The notes below the pieces were generated by a model. It was not told the DNA's origin. It did no database searches and worked only from the letters and a program-made list of their open reading frames with translations. Shown piece after piece: positions 40,031 through 56,399 of a DNA stretch of 64,000 nt. Source of the DNA: the human T2T-CHM13v2.0 reference genome, Homo sapiens; NCBI RefSeq assembly GCF_009914755.1, contig NC_060926.1; one strand, given 5' to 3'. Numbering within the stretch: position 1 is the stretch's first letter; the number at the start of each line of letters is the position of its first letter. The position numbers were made by a program, and so were the translations under genes.

Positions 40031-41499
40031 TGATAACCATGGCATTTTCCTGGGACCACTCATTTGTATAGCTGAAATCTTGACCATATGTGATGTTCTA
40101 CATAGGGTATGTGTGTCCCTAGACACTTAGTCCTCTCAGTTAAAAAGGGAAAGGAAAGGTCCTGAGCTGAATGCAGATGCTGGTGCTCAAATCAGCTACC
40201 CTTCACTTTCCCAACTCACTCTTCCCTGAACCTTGCTCACACCCACCTTGGAAGATTCCAGGGTGTTCTAGCTACAAGGAATCTTGAAGGTCATCGAACC
40301 TGGTATTTTTTCTTGCCTTTTAAACAAGGTTACCCTTGATGAAAATGAAATCTTGTATGGAATCCTAAAACAAATAAAAGCAGAACTTCACTAGTATATA
40401 TTTACTTCATGAGTTCAAATATGCTACGTATAATATAAAATATATCACTGCTGGCTCTAAGACTGATTTGATTAATGTAAAAACTTTGAATAATTACAAA
40501 CATATTATCCTCAGCATCCAAAGTATTATGTTATTTTCACTTAGTAGCACAATATTTAGAAAATACTCATTCATCTAGCTAAGTAGTTGGAAATGGCAAC
40601 AGTTTTGTTTTAAAACAACTTGTCTTACAACTTGGATTTCTGTTCAACTAAATTTACCCAGAAGCTTGCAAGAAAAGTAGTAGGAAATATCTGTTTCAAA
40701 GTTGAATTGTTGGTAACACCTAATAAATTCTTGCATTTCTAATCATAAAGTCAGAACGGATCATTCATTCTAGCTCTTGTGTGATGTTTTCAAGATGCAA
40801 GAGAGTCAGTTGTGGTGATACAAGCAAGTCTTATGAAATGAGAAGAGCATATGCAAAAAAAAAAAAAAAAAGCAAATATGCCATAGTCACAAACTCACTT
40901 GTGCTACTTTGTGTCAGTGGAGACAGGCATCAGTCATGTTAGAATTTGAGAGATAGACTAGTGCAGAATATCAGTATTCCTCATCAAATGTGCATACCCA
41001 CATGACAAAGTTTTATTGTGACATTCATTCCAAATGAACCTAGCAGCACATTTTAACACACTGATGTTCTCAGATATGTTAAAATGTGAAATAAAATACA
41101 TCTGAATGTATGTTATTTTTTACAGTGTTTTCAATAGTTAAGATATATTTTGCAAGAGAAAAATCAAATGAAAAGTTTCCAGAACTCCTAAAACTCCTCC
41201 ATAGAGCCCCCTAAGATTCCATGGAACTGAGTCTGAAAACCATTCCATGGAAGTGAGTTTGAAAATCAATCATGAAGACCATATAAGGATTCCTAGTCCA
41301 AACAGGCATATCTAGTTGCCTAGGGCCACTCTGGAAGTTTGTGACAGAATCAAGACTAGGGCCTGGGTCTTCTGGCTCCCATTCTAGGCTCTTTTCCACC
41401 AGACTGACCTGTCTGTCATAGAGGGACATGCTATCACATCTCTCATCCAAGGGAAAGTTCCAGATGTGGCATCTGAGCCCTAAGGTCCCAAAGGAGAAA

Positions 41500-41545
41500 C
41501 CCATTTAGATGGACACATGCCTAGGAATGTGTCCATCTAAATGGG
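41500..41545. repeat. 46-bp near-perfect palindrome
   Basis: CCCATTTAGATGGACACAT-G-CCTAGG-A-ATGTGTCCATCTAAATGGG: perfect 19-bp arms, with one G/A mismatch around a self-complementary centre. Confidence 0.95.
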
Positions 41546-41791
41546 CTATGACTATGAATGCTAAAGCTTTCACAAACCCTAAAATTAGGAAAAGTATAAA
41601 CCCCAAATTTATGCCTTGAAATTAGGCTCTCTTAATTTATACCTTCTTCATTTCTAAGTTGCTAGAGATGCGATGAGTAGGGTGTGACCCCCTTGTAGCT
41701 CAAGGCCAGTGTTTTTTAATCCATGGTTTTCTACATTAGAACTTGATCTCCAAGCCAATTGGTGAGGGTTATAGTAATTTCCACAGGACAT

Positions 41792-42192
41792 TGCATTAGT
41801 TTGGTAGCATTCCCATAACAAAGCACTAAAAATGGGATGGCCTAAATAACAGAAGTTTATTTTCTCACAATCAAGGAGGCTGGAAGTCCAAGATCAAGGT
41901 GTGGGCCAGGTTGGTTTCATTCTAAGGCCTCTCTCCATGGCTTTTAGGTGGCCATCTTCTCCCAGTGCCTTCACATTGTCTTCCCTCTTCATGTGCCTGT
42001 GTCCTAAGCTCTCTTCTTATAAGGACACCAAATACAGGGGATTAGGGCCCACCCTAATGACCTCATCTTACCTATTACCTCTTTAAAGGCCTTATCTCCA
42101 AATACAGTCACATTCTGGGTGACTGGGGGTTAAGACTTTAACATATAGATGGGGGAGGTGGGGATAAGGAGGACACAATTCAGCCTGTAACA
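41792..42192 (-). mobile_element. MLT1A/B-type solo LTR
   Basis: 'aacagaagtttattttctcaca...ggaggctggaagtccaagatcaaggtg...ccaaatacagtcacattctg'. Confidence 0.85.
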
Positions 42193-42627
42193 AGGATAAT
42201 GGTTGATTGGGGCTGCCAACCGTAAAGAAATGGAGCATAAGGACCAAGATAGGAACACCTGTCAGTGATCTGATCACTCCATTCTCCTCCTCCATCCCCT
42301 TCTGGACACGGTCTTAGAGATCCAAAGGGAAAGGCTGAAAACTATGTTCAAACACCCCCTAACTTCATGTTTCTGTGCAGATTAGATATGTGGGGTTAGC
42401 AGAAAGGCAGATAAAATTGAAAACATCAGGATAGATTTTGGTACTTTTACTTTTTCTAATTTAGCACTGTAGGCTTAAATAACTTAAAAAAAAATACTGG
42501 TTTAAGATTAAGAAGGGTATATTTTGAAGGTTTCCAAATACTCAGAATGCTAACAGGTTGGAGAGTTTGATAATCCATATACATTTTTAAATCTATGAAA
42601 ATTTAGGCTTTTAAAATCAGCTTTTAT

Positions 42628-43081
42628 TCACAATTCGTAATTGCAAAGATATGGAACCAACCTAAGCGCCCATCAGTCAACAAGTGGATAAAGAAAATGT
42701 TGTCTGGATACACCATGGAATACTACTCAGCCATAAAAAAGAACAAAATAATGTCTCTCGCAACAACTTGGATGGAGCTGGAGGCCATTATTCTCAGTGA
42801 AGTAACTCAGGAATGAATAACCAAAGACTGTATATTCTCACTTATTATAAGTGGCAGCTAAGCTATGAGAACACAAAGGCATAAGAATGATATAATGGAC
42901 TTTGGGGACTCAGGGCATGGGGAAGGTGGGGGAGGGTGAGGGATGAAAGACTACATATTGGGTAAAGTGTATACTGCTTGGGTGACGGGTGCACTAAAAT
43001 CTCAGAAACCACCACTAAAGGACTTGTCCATGTAACCAAAAACCACCTGTACACTGAAAACTACTGGAGTAAAAAGTTTTT
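42628..43081 (+). mobile_element. L1PB-type 3' end fragment
   Basis: End of ORF2 plus 3'UTR 'gggtgcactaaaatctcagaaaccaccactaaag'. TSD AAAATC(A/T)GCTTTTAT at 42613-42627 and 43082-43096. Confidence 0.85.
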
Positions 43082-44528
43082 AAAATCTGCTTTTATAAAC
43101 AAACCCTAATTTTGTTAATAAACAAACAGCCTTTAAAGTGAATACAAAGGGCAAAGGATCCTATTATAAAAATACGCAGAGAGCGACAACAGGCTACAAA
43201 TGGCTGATCTATATATAAACGATGCTCAGTATCACTCATTAGAGAAATGCAAATTCACTCATTAGAGATTAAAACAAGATACCCCTTTTCTACTCATCAT
43301 TAAGAAAAAGATTTAAGTATTTATTTGACAACATGCAGTGTTGGAGAAGGTATGAGAAATCACATTGTTGATTGATAGATATATAATTCAGTGGAGAAAT
43401 TTTGCAGCATTTGTAATCTAGAATCAGCAGTGAAGCTTCTAACATTTTCTGTGCTAGAGAAAAGGTTTGTGCCCAAACTGCTGAGATGAGTTTCTCCAGA
43501 ATCATCTATCATTGAAAAGCTGTCTCTCCTCACAAATTAGGGCTTAGTAGTGGACCATTTAAGAAAGCCTTTGAGGTTAAAGTATATTTATTTATAACAT
43601 ACTACCTCAAAACTTTCAGTTGTTCTTAATGCCAAGTCAGTCAATAAAAAGAAACTTTGTTCTCGTGTAGTCATATATAACCACACCTGCCATTTCTTCC
43701 TTTCAGATGCCTTCAGGATGAAGTCTCTGCCATGCCACCACCCCATTCCCACTGACCCACAACAGCCCAACCTCATCACTTTATACCCTGCTACAGCCTC
43801 CATCGGTATAGCTGCCGATAGCTCCCTCTCTACCTTAGGCAGTGCCTCCCTAATTCATTATTTGTATTGGGTTATTTATTGTTTAAGAACCTTCAGTGTC
43901 TACCCATTACCTATTTCATCTCTTTCAAACTTCTCAAAGGACTCAGTAATATGGGCCCTCCAAACTCTATTTTCTATCACTTCTTTCAATGAAGCTTACA
44001 GTCTAACTAGTCACATTTCTCCTTTACACAAAACCCATGCTCATCTCCAACTCTATGCCTTTGATTCTATAGTTTCCCCCACCTACAACTTCCTCCTGTC
44101 TACCTTCCCAAATGCTACTTCTCTTCCAAAGTCTAAAAGTGAATTCTTCTATTTATACTGAGTACTATTTAGTATTTTCCTGGTCCATAATTTCCCCGTG
44201 GGAAATAATACAAACAAATATTTATTGAATTGGTCTCACACTTGAACACCAGTGATGAAACAAACATTCTGATACACACTTGTGATTCAGAGAGGGACAT
44301 GATGTGACACTTCCTAGATGGAGAAATGGAAGAAAGGCACTACAGGCAGAAGGAACAGCACGAGCGATGGCACGGAGCCATGTGCATAGCTTATGCAGGA
44401 AGAAACAACCAATGTAGATTCAGGATGGAGTGGATCAGGAGGGGATGAACATTTTCACATGCAGTCAGTATGAGTTCCTCAAGTTGCTGTAACGGGCATG
44501 TGGCATGTGCCATTGAAGGAAAATATGA

Positions 44529-44592
44529 GCCGGGTATGGTGCGACATGCCTGTAGTCCAGTTACTTGGGAAGTTGAGGTGGGAGGATTTCTT
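44529..44592 (+). mobile_element. FLAM-type Alu monomer, 5' half (split by the L1)
   Basis: 'gccgggtatggtgcgacatgcctgtagtccag...gaggtgggaggatttctt'; continues at 50737. Confidence 0.85.
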
Positions 44593-44806
44593 TTTTCTTT
44601 TATTATACTTTAAGTTCTAGGGTACATGTGCACAACGTACAGGTTTGTTACATAGGCATACATATGCTATGCTGGTTTGATGCACCCATTAACTCACCAT
44701 TTACATTAGGTATTTCTCCTAATGCTATCCCTCCCCTAGTCCCCCAACCCCATGACAGGCCCCAGTGTGTGATGTTCCCTGCCCTGTGTCCAAGTGTTCT
44801 CATTGC

Positions 44807-48633
<3,827 letters not shown>

Positions 48634-48694
48634 TATGATATTAGCTGGTTATTTTGCCCATTAGTTGATGCAGATTCTTCCTAGCATCAATCAT

Positions 48695-49714
48695 CTACAA
48701 TTTGGCATGTTTTTGCAGTGGTGGTTCCAGTTGTTCCTTTCCATGTTTAGTGCTTCCTTCAGGATCTCTTGTAAGGCTGGCCTGGTGGTGATAAAATCTC
48801 TCAGCATTTGCTTGTCTGTAAAGGATTTTATTTCTCCTTCACTTATGAAGCTTAGTTTGGCTGGATATGAAATTCTGGGTTGAAAATTCTTTTCTTTAAG
48901 AATGTTGAATATTGGCCCCCACTCTCTTCTGGCTTGTAGAGTTTCTGCCGAGAGATCAGCTATTACTCTGATGGGCTTCCCTTTGTGGGTAACCTGACCT
49001 TTCTCTCTGGCTGCCCTTAACATTTTTTCCTTCATTTCAACCTTGGTGAATCTGACAATTATGTGTCTTGGGGTTGCTCTTCTTGAGGAGTATCTTTGTG
49101 GTGTTCTTTGTATTTCCTGAATTTGAATGTTGGCCTGCCTTGCTAGGTTGGGGAAGTTCTCCTGGATAATATCCTGAAGAGTGTTTTCCAACTTGGTTCC
49201 ATTCTCCCCATTACTTTCAAGTACACCAATCAAACATAGATTTGGTCTTTTCACATAGTCCCATATTGCTTGGAGGCTTTGTTCATTTCTCTTTACTCTT
49301 TTTTCTCTAAACTTCTTGCTTTATCTCATTAATTTGATCTTCAATCACTGATACCCTTTCTTCCACTTGATCAAATCGGCTATTGAAGCTTGTGTATGTG
49401 GCACGTAGTTCTCGTGCCATGGTTTTCAGCTCTGTCAGGTCACTTAAGGTCTCCTCTACACTGTTTATTCTAGTTAGCCATTCATCTAATCTTTTTTTAA
49501 GGTTTTTAGCTTCCTTGCAATGGGTTCGAACATCCTCCTTTAGCTCGGAGAAGTTTGTTATTACCGACCTTCTGAAGCCTACTTCTGTCAGCTCTTCAAA
49601 GTCATTCTCCATCCACCTTTGTTCCATTGCTAGTGAGGAGCTGTGATCCTTTGGAGGAGAAGAGGCACTCCGGATTTTAGAATTTTCAGCTTTCCTGATC
49701 TGGTTTCTCCCCAT
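48695..49714 (-). pseudogene. L1 ORF1, disrupted
   Basis: Fragments 49307-49714 (MGRNQIRKAENSK, coiled coil) and 48691-49254 (TPRHIIVRF, YPAKLSF). Confidence 0.9.
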
Positions 49715-50736
49715 CTTTGTAGTTTTATCTACCTTTGGTCTTTAATGTTGGTGACCTACAGATGGGGTTTTGGTGTGGATGTCCTTTTTGTTGATGTTGA
49801 TGCTGTTCCGTTTTCTTTGTTAGTTTTCCTTCTAACAGTCAAGTCCCTCAGCTGCAGGTCTGTTGGAGTTTGCTGGAGGTCCACTGTAGACCCTGTTTCC
49901 CGGGTATCACCAGCAGAGGCTGCAGAACAGCAAATATTGCTGCCTGATCCTTCTGCTAGAAGCTTCATCCCAGAGGGGCACCCGCCTATATGAGGTGTCA
50001 TTTGGCCCCTACTGGGAGATGTCTCCCAGTTAAGCTACATGGGGGTCAGGGACCCACTTGAGGAGGCAGTATGTCCATTCTCAGAGCTCAAACACCATGC
50101 TGGAAGAACTACTGCTCTCTTCAGAGCTGTCAGACAGGGAAGTTTAAGTCTGCAGAAGTTTCTGCTGCCTTTTGTTCAGCTATGCCCTGTCCCCAGAGGT
50201 GGAGTCTACAGAGGCAGCAGGCCTTGCTGTGCTGCAGTAGGCTCCGTCCAGTTCGAGGTTCCCCAGTCACTTTGTTTACCTACTCAAGCCTCAGCAATGG
50301 TGGACGCCCCTCCCCCTGCCAGGCTGCTGCCTCGTAGGTAGATCTCAGACTGCTGCGCTAGCAGTGAGCAAGGCTCGGTGTGTGTGGGACCCACCAAGCC
50401 AGGCACAGGATATAATCTCCCGGTGTGCCATTTGCTAAGGCTGTTGGAAAAGTGCAGTATTTGGGCAGGACTGTCCCATTTTTCCAGGTACAGTCTGTCA
50501 TGGCTTCCCTTGGCTAGGAAAGGGAAATCCCCCAACTCCTTGCACTTCTCAGGTGAGGTGATGCCCTTCCTTGCTTCAGCTCACCCTCCGTGAGCTGCAC
50601 CCACTGTCCAACCAGTCCCAGTGAGATGAACCAGGTACCTCAGTTGGAAATGCAGAAATCACCCGTCTTCTGCATCAATCATGCTGGGAGCTGCAGACTG
50701 GAGCTGTTCCTATTCAGCCATCTTGGAACAGAACCC

Positions 50737-50827
50737 GAGGTGGGAGGATTTCTTGAGCCTAAAAGTTCAAGGCCAGCCTGGACAACATAGCAAGACCCCA
50801 TCTCTTTTTTGAAAAAAAAAAAAAAAG
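50737..50827 (+). mobile_element. FLAM-type Alu monomer, 3' half with poly(A)
   Basis: 'gaggtgggaggatttcttgagcctaaaagttcaaggccagcctggacaacatagcaagaccccatctc' followed by an A tail. Confidence 0.85.
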
Positions 50828-52479
50828 AGAGAGAGAGGGAACCATCACAGGCTGAGGCTGAGGGTAGGGAGAGCAGATGAGGAAGGCTGGCAGACTCAGT
50901 AGTGACCAGTGTTCTAGTGAGGAGGTAAATGGGCCACCTAAGTGTGGGGTAAGAGATTTTAAATGGCCATGGTGCCTTCCTGCAGAAGATCTCAAAGCTT
51001 TACACAGACACTGTTGACTGTATGATATCCCAGTTCTTATGCCCCTACTCTGAATCAGACTGTTGGTACAGCCTGTGGACTCCGGTCCAGGAATTAGATG
51101 ATACAGTGAGGAACATCATTGTAAGTGCCACTGGGTCCTAGCCACTCCAATCATCTGGGTGGCTGGGTGTGATTTACATGTCTAATGTGTCTACTCCCTT
51201 CCCTGCCAAAACTTGAACATTTTAACCCTGATTACCCAAAAGCCAGGCCCTTAATGCCCCAAATATGACACTTCATGAAACAATTGCCATGCTTTTTTTC
51301 TATTCTGTCTGCTTTGCATTTACATTTAGGTTCTGAGACTTCAAAAATATCACTTCCATCTTCCTCCTTTTAAACTAGCTCTGATAATTTTTTCCTGCCT
51401 TAACTGTTAAAAATCCCATTTTCAGGGTCAATGAAGGGCTCAGTAATATGTTTTGGCTACATCATTCACAGAAATGTCTGCCAAGCAGCTCAACTTTTCA
51501 ATAACCCAGACTCACTCAAATTTAATTTCAGGGGAGCATAAATGACTGGAGAAAATGTTCTCTCTACACTGAAGTTTTCCATTGTCTTCTAAGGCCATGC
51601 ATTCAAGGTGATGCTTGAATCTAGAATGTTCCCTCTCTTTTGGTTGGAGATCTCAAAAGAAAACACCAAAAAAAAAAAAAAAAAAAAAAAGTTTCTCAAT
51701 GTAATCAATAAGAGCATCTTTTTTTACCATGACACAGGATCTCTGTCACCAACATGGGAATATTCAAACCTCAGCAAGAACAAAAGGTTTCCCAAGTTCA
51801 TATTTCTCTATTATTGTTCCTGGTAGCAATAAAAACCACTTGGATATTTGACTACATTTGTTTTCTTCCCGAAAGCATTTTTCCAGGGACTTAAGTGTTC
51901 ACATGGTCACTGTCCTTTCTCCTAGCTGCAGCCTGGCCTTGGAGAGCCCATAGTTTTTGAATGGATCATGACTAAGAAGGAGTTGGAGAATTGCAAAGAT
52001 CGTTCAACCTGATCTAAGCCTTCAACTGCTGTTATCTGATTGGTCTTCACTGGAATGAAGGATATGAGACTCAATCATATCCTACCCCATTTCTGTTTCC
52101 AGTGAAATTCTTTGGATAAGGACAGGTCTCCCAAAGAATCAAGTTAAACAGCATGTTGGAGATAGGCTGGAGCAGGAATGGAGTATTGCCATATTACAGA
52201 ACATATTGATGACCCAGGGAGGAAAAAGAGCTGAGAACACATAAATTCAGAAATCCATGAGCTCTGGAAATAAATCCGACAGTCATCTCCCCCTTCACTG
52301 TCTCTGAATCAGTAGTAGCTGCAACCTGCAAGACTTATTTTAAAGCTACATATAATCCAGCACCCTTGAGATTTGGTAATCATAGTTTACACTTGGAGGA
52401 AGCAAAGACCTTTAGAAGGCCAAGGTAAAATAGATGAATGCTGCTGCACAGCTCTGTGGGCAGCTGAGCACCCTGCTCT

Positions 52480-52725
52480 GAACTTTATTAGAGCATTCAT
52501 CACATTGTTGTAATTAATGTTCACATCTCTCTCTCTCTTTCCCACTGGACTGTGAGCTCCCCAAGGTCAGGAATCATTTCTCATTCATCTCTCTATTCAC
52601 TCTCTCAATCCACAGTGCCTAGCTGTGATCCTGGCACAAAGAAGACTCCCTACTAATGTTTGCTGGTGGGTGGATGGATGGAGGGATGGATGGATGGAAG
52701 AAAGGAATGATGGATGATTGAAGGA
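52480..52725 (+). mobile_element. L2 3' end with (TGGA)n tail
   Basis: 'cccactggactgtgagctccccaaggtcagg...cctggcacaaagaagactcc' followed by a GGAT repeat. Confidence 0.7.
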
Positions 52726-55049
52726 TGCAATCCTGCAGTTACAAAAACAAGAACAACAGCCACAACAAAAATAAAACCTATCTCCAAATGGTTGCTTGCT
52801 GGAGGAAATCCATACACTATAGAAAGAATAAAATATTTGTTTAAAGCCATAGTTTTTTCCCCAATACTATTCAAACAGTCTCATTCCAAATCTTTCTGTT
52901 TTCTCTTTGGAGGAAATTTAATTGAATATTCAACATGTTCCAAATATTTCCAAACAAGATTCTGAGTAATCAGGTATTGCTGGAAAGGCAGAATCCATTT
53001 CCCCCTCCAGTGGAGGAATGGCCAATAAAACCTAGCAAATATGACCCCATAACAGGAACAGGGGGCCAGCAGAGGGAATGGAGTCGATGGAGGCAGAGGG
53101 GAAAAATCTTGGAGGTTTGATTTGTTAGTCTCTATGCCAGTTGCCATTGTACTACCCTTGCCCCCATGAGTCAAGGGAGTTTTCACTTGAAAGGAGAGTC
53201 CCCCAAGCTCTATTCGCTCTGACAACTCCCCACCCCCAGTAACTTATATCATCCACACTTTACCCCATGAGAGTAAACTGCAGAAAAATCCAGGCACATT
53301 TTAAAATTCCAAGTACCTTTCATAGAGAAAATTATGAGAATCCTGCTTAAACCAAGGAAAAAAAATTCAACCAAAAGCAGAGCCAGAAGTTACTGCTGGT
53401 TGCAACTACTAGTTTAATCCCTCATGGATGCTTTTCTTTCCCTACATTCCCCTTTCTTCTCTTCCCTTCTCCTATCTTCAATCTACCTAACTTTACTCTC
53501 TCCCCCATGCCTATATTTTAGTCCCACCATTGGAACCTACAGTCCCCATAGACCTTATTTAACTCACTAATGGCCTTCAGAACTAAAAAATGTTCTCACC
53601 TCTGGTCTAAACACATAAATAACCATTGCTCTTTATTTCTACGGTCACTCTTCTGGAGGGTTTCTCACGTTTCACTGTGGCCCCAAAATGTTTCATGAAT
53701 CTCAGGAAGCCCAAGAGATATGAGCCCAGATGGGCCAAAATATCAACCACAGTCCCTCAAGCCCTCCTAAAGTCCACCTTTATTACCCCCCAACCTGTGC
53801 ACAGGGACCCTTTGGTACCATAATTTAGAGGGAAAATGTGGTTTCTATTAAGGAGAACTGTTGTCTCATGTTTTGGAAAGTTGTTTTTCCTTCCTCTTTT
53901 CCCCAACTTCAAATTAAATCTGCACTTTTGTGAAGAAAACAACACAAAGGCCCTTTCCATGTGAGGAGAAGAAAAGCAAATGATGGCTTTATTACCCTGC
54001 ATGTGAGCTCACACTTCATCTGCACTGCCTCGTGGCTAATGGGAAGGGAACAATGGAGACACAAGGTCCGCTTGCGCTTTACTGGAAACACGTCTGTACA
54101 AATTCCAAGCTGGGAACTTGTCTCTCATCTCCTCTACCAGGAAAATGGAAAAGGAACTCCCAGTGGCCTCCTTTAAATTGCATTTGTATCATATGTATCT
54201 TAGAGAATTGTGGATCTTTTGGTAAATAAAGTATAGGAAATGGAATCTGAAGGGACACGCTGGACTAAAAGGAAACTTACTGTGATGATTTCTTAGCTGT
54301 ATCTGGCTCAATTTGAGATGAACAAAATTTCCATCAGAGCATTAAAGGTGACAGCCTCTTCCACCAGCTCCTGCCTTGGGCTGTTTTGCATGTCCTATTT
54401 GGAGTCCGATTTGTAATCAAGCAACCAATAATACAGGCAGATAGAAGAGAAAATGTGGAGTAGGAGGATTTCTTGACCTTATCAGCAACAAACTAAAGTT
54501 CCATGTTATGGAGGAAATGTTTCCTAATAACTCTGTGAAATCCAACTGACTGCATCAAAGCCAGTTCAACACCATTTAGCATTTAATTGTTCTCTAAGTG
54601 CTTAGACCTGAGTGCCTTGTCTTTTTAACTATGTGGAAGCCTCACACAGGACAGAGGCCGTGTTTATGTTTCCAGCATAGAGCTTATGGGACCAGCGCAA
54701 GATCAAGGCATGTCTGTTGATTGATAGCAAAGGGTGCCACCTTTGACTTAATTTAGTAAAACAAGGTTGGCCAGAAAGGATCAAAGCAATATATTTCATA
54801 CTCATGATAAAATTCCAGTGTCATATTAAATAAGAAGTTTAATCAGAGAGTGTATATTGGAATACCACAAGGGAATTTAATCATAAGAAACTACCTTTGT
54901 GAACAGATGATATAGCCCCTTTGGGCTCTTATATTTTTGTGTGTACTTTAGACCATTTGAGAATTTAATATTGTTCAAAGTTGTCACATTATTTAAACTG
55001 TGTTTCACTTGCTTATAACTCAACCCCCAACTTTAGAACCATACTTTGT

Positions 55050-55289
55050 GTGTTTTTTTTTTTTAATAATTTCAACTTTTATTTTAGATTCAGGGGGTAC
55101 ATGTGTAGATTTATTACCTGGGTATATTACATGATGCTGAGATTTGGGGTATGATTGATTCTGTCACCCAGGTAGTGAGCATAGTACCCAATAGTTAGTT
55201 TTTCAACCCTCGCCCACCTCCCTCCCTCCCCCACTTTAGTGGCCCCAGTGTCTACTATTGCCATCTTTATGTCCATGAGTGCCCGAAGA
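55050..55289 (-). mobile_element. L1PA16-type 3' end fragment
   Basis: 'ttttagattcagggggtacatgtg...cacccaggtagtgagcatagtacccaatag'. TSD AGAACCA(T/A)ACTTTG at 55035-55048 and 55290-55303. Confidence 0.85.
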
Positions 55290-55742
55290 AGAACCAAACT
55301 TTGGAGTAGATGCACTTGGGATAGACCGATGAATATAAAAAATAATCAAAGAGGCTTCAAATCTCTAGCCTTTTTATCTAGTTCATCTTTAAATGTTACT
55401 CAGATGTTAAAACCATGGTAGGGGGTTTAGCTTCTGAGAGACCATAGGCAGCAGCACAGAGTGAACACAAAATCACAGAGGCTGGTCTGGCTGCCCCACC
55501 TGTAGGAGTCCCATCTTCTTCTCCCCACATCACACACAGCAGAGACTAAGTGGAGAGCTACACACAAAATATAGGGATAGTCTCAAGAAAGAGCCAGGTA
55601 GAAAGCAGAGTCTAAGTTTCACAATACAAAAACAAATGCCTTTCAGGGAGATTAAAAAGAAATCAAGTTGGGATCAGAAAATTAATAAATGCTGCTGGTC
55701 ACAACAAGCCAGAGGTCTGAAGCCAGAAGATCAGAAAGGCAG

Positions 55743-56215
55743 TATATCTGTCTGTGAGGGCTGCTATAGCAAAGCAGCAAAACTGAGTGCTTGAAAAACA
55801 GAGATGTATTGTCACACAGTTCTGGAAGCTCCAACTCTGAGATCAAGGAGTCAATAGGGTTGTTTTTTTTTTTCCTAGGGCTGAGACAGGATCTGTTTCA
55901 TGTCTCCCTTCTAGCTTCTGGGGGTTTGCCGGCAAGCTTTGGCATTCCTTGGTTTATAGAAGCATCATCACCTCTACCTTCATCATCAAATGGTGTTCTT
56001 TCTACATGCTTGTCTGTCTCTGCTTCCAGATTTCTTCCTTTTGCAGGTATACCAGTCATATTGAATTAGGGCACACCCTCTTGATCTCATTTTAACTTGG
56101 TTACCACTATAAAGACTCTATCTCCAAAAAAAGTCACATTCTGAGATACTGGGGGTTAGAAATGCAACATATCTTTGATGATGGGAGCGGAAAGTACAGA
56201 GTTCAACCCATAACT
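55743..56215 (-). mobile_element. MLT1B/C-type solo LTR
   Basis: 'gtcacacagttctggaagc...ctgagatcaagg...gtcacattctgagatactggggg...gttcaacccataac'. Confidence 0.8.
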
Positions 56216-56238
56216 GACAGGAATTTAAAAGCAAGGAT

Positions 56239-56399
56239 GAGCCAGGCATGGTGGTGTGCACCTGTACTCCCAGCTGAGGCAGGGGCATTTCTTGAGCCAA
56301 GAAGTTTGAGGTTACAGTGACCTATGATTGTGCCACTGCACTCCAACCTAGGTGACAGAGCAAGAACCTGTCTCTAAAATATAAAAATAAAAAAAAATA
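56239..56399 (+). mobile_element. FRAM / AluJ right monomer
   Basis: Single right arm with A tail. TSD AAAAGCAA(G/A)GAT at 56227-56238 and 56400-56411. Confidence 0.8.

Noticed and set aside
43718-44161. 147-aa ORF
   Set aside because: Ser/Leu-rich translation of pyrimidine-rich, L2-like decayed sequence; no domain or exon support.
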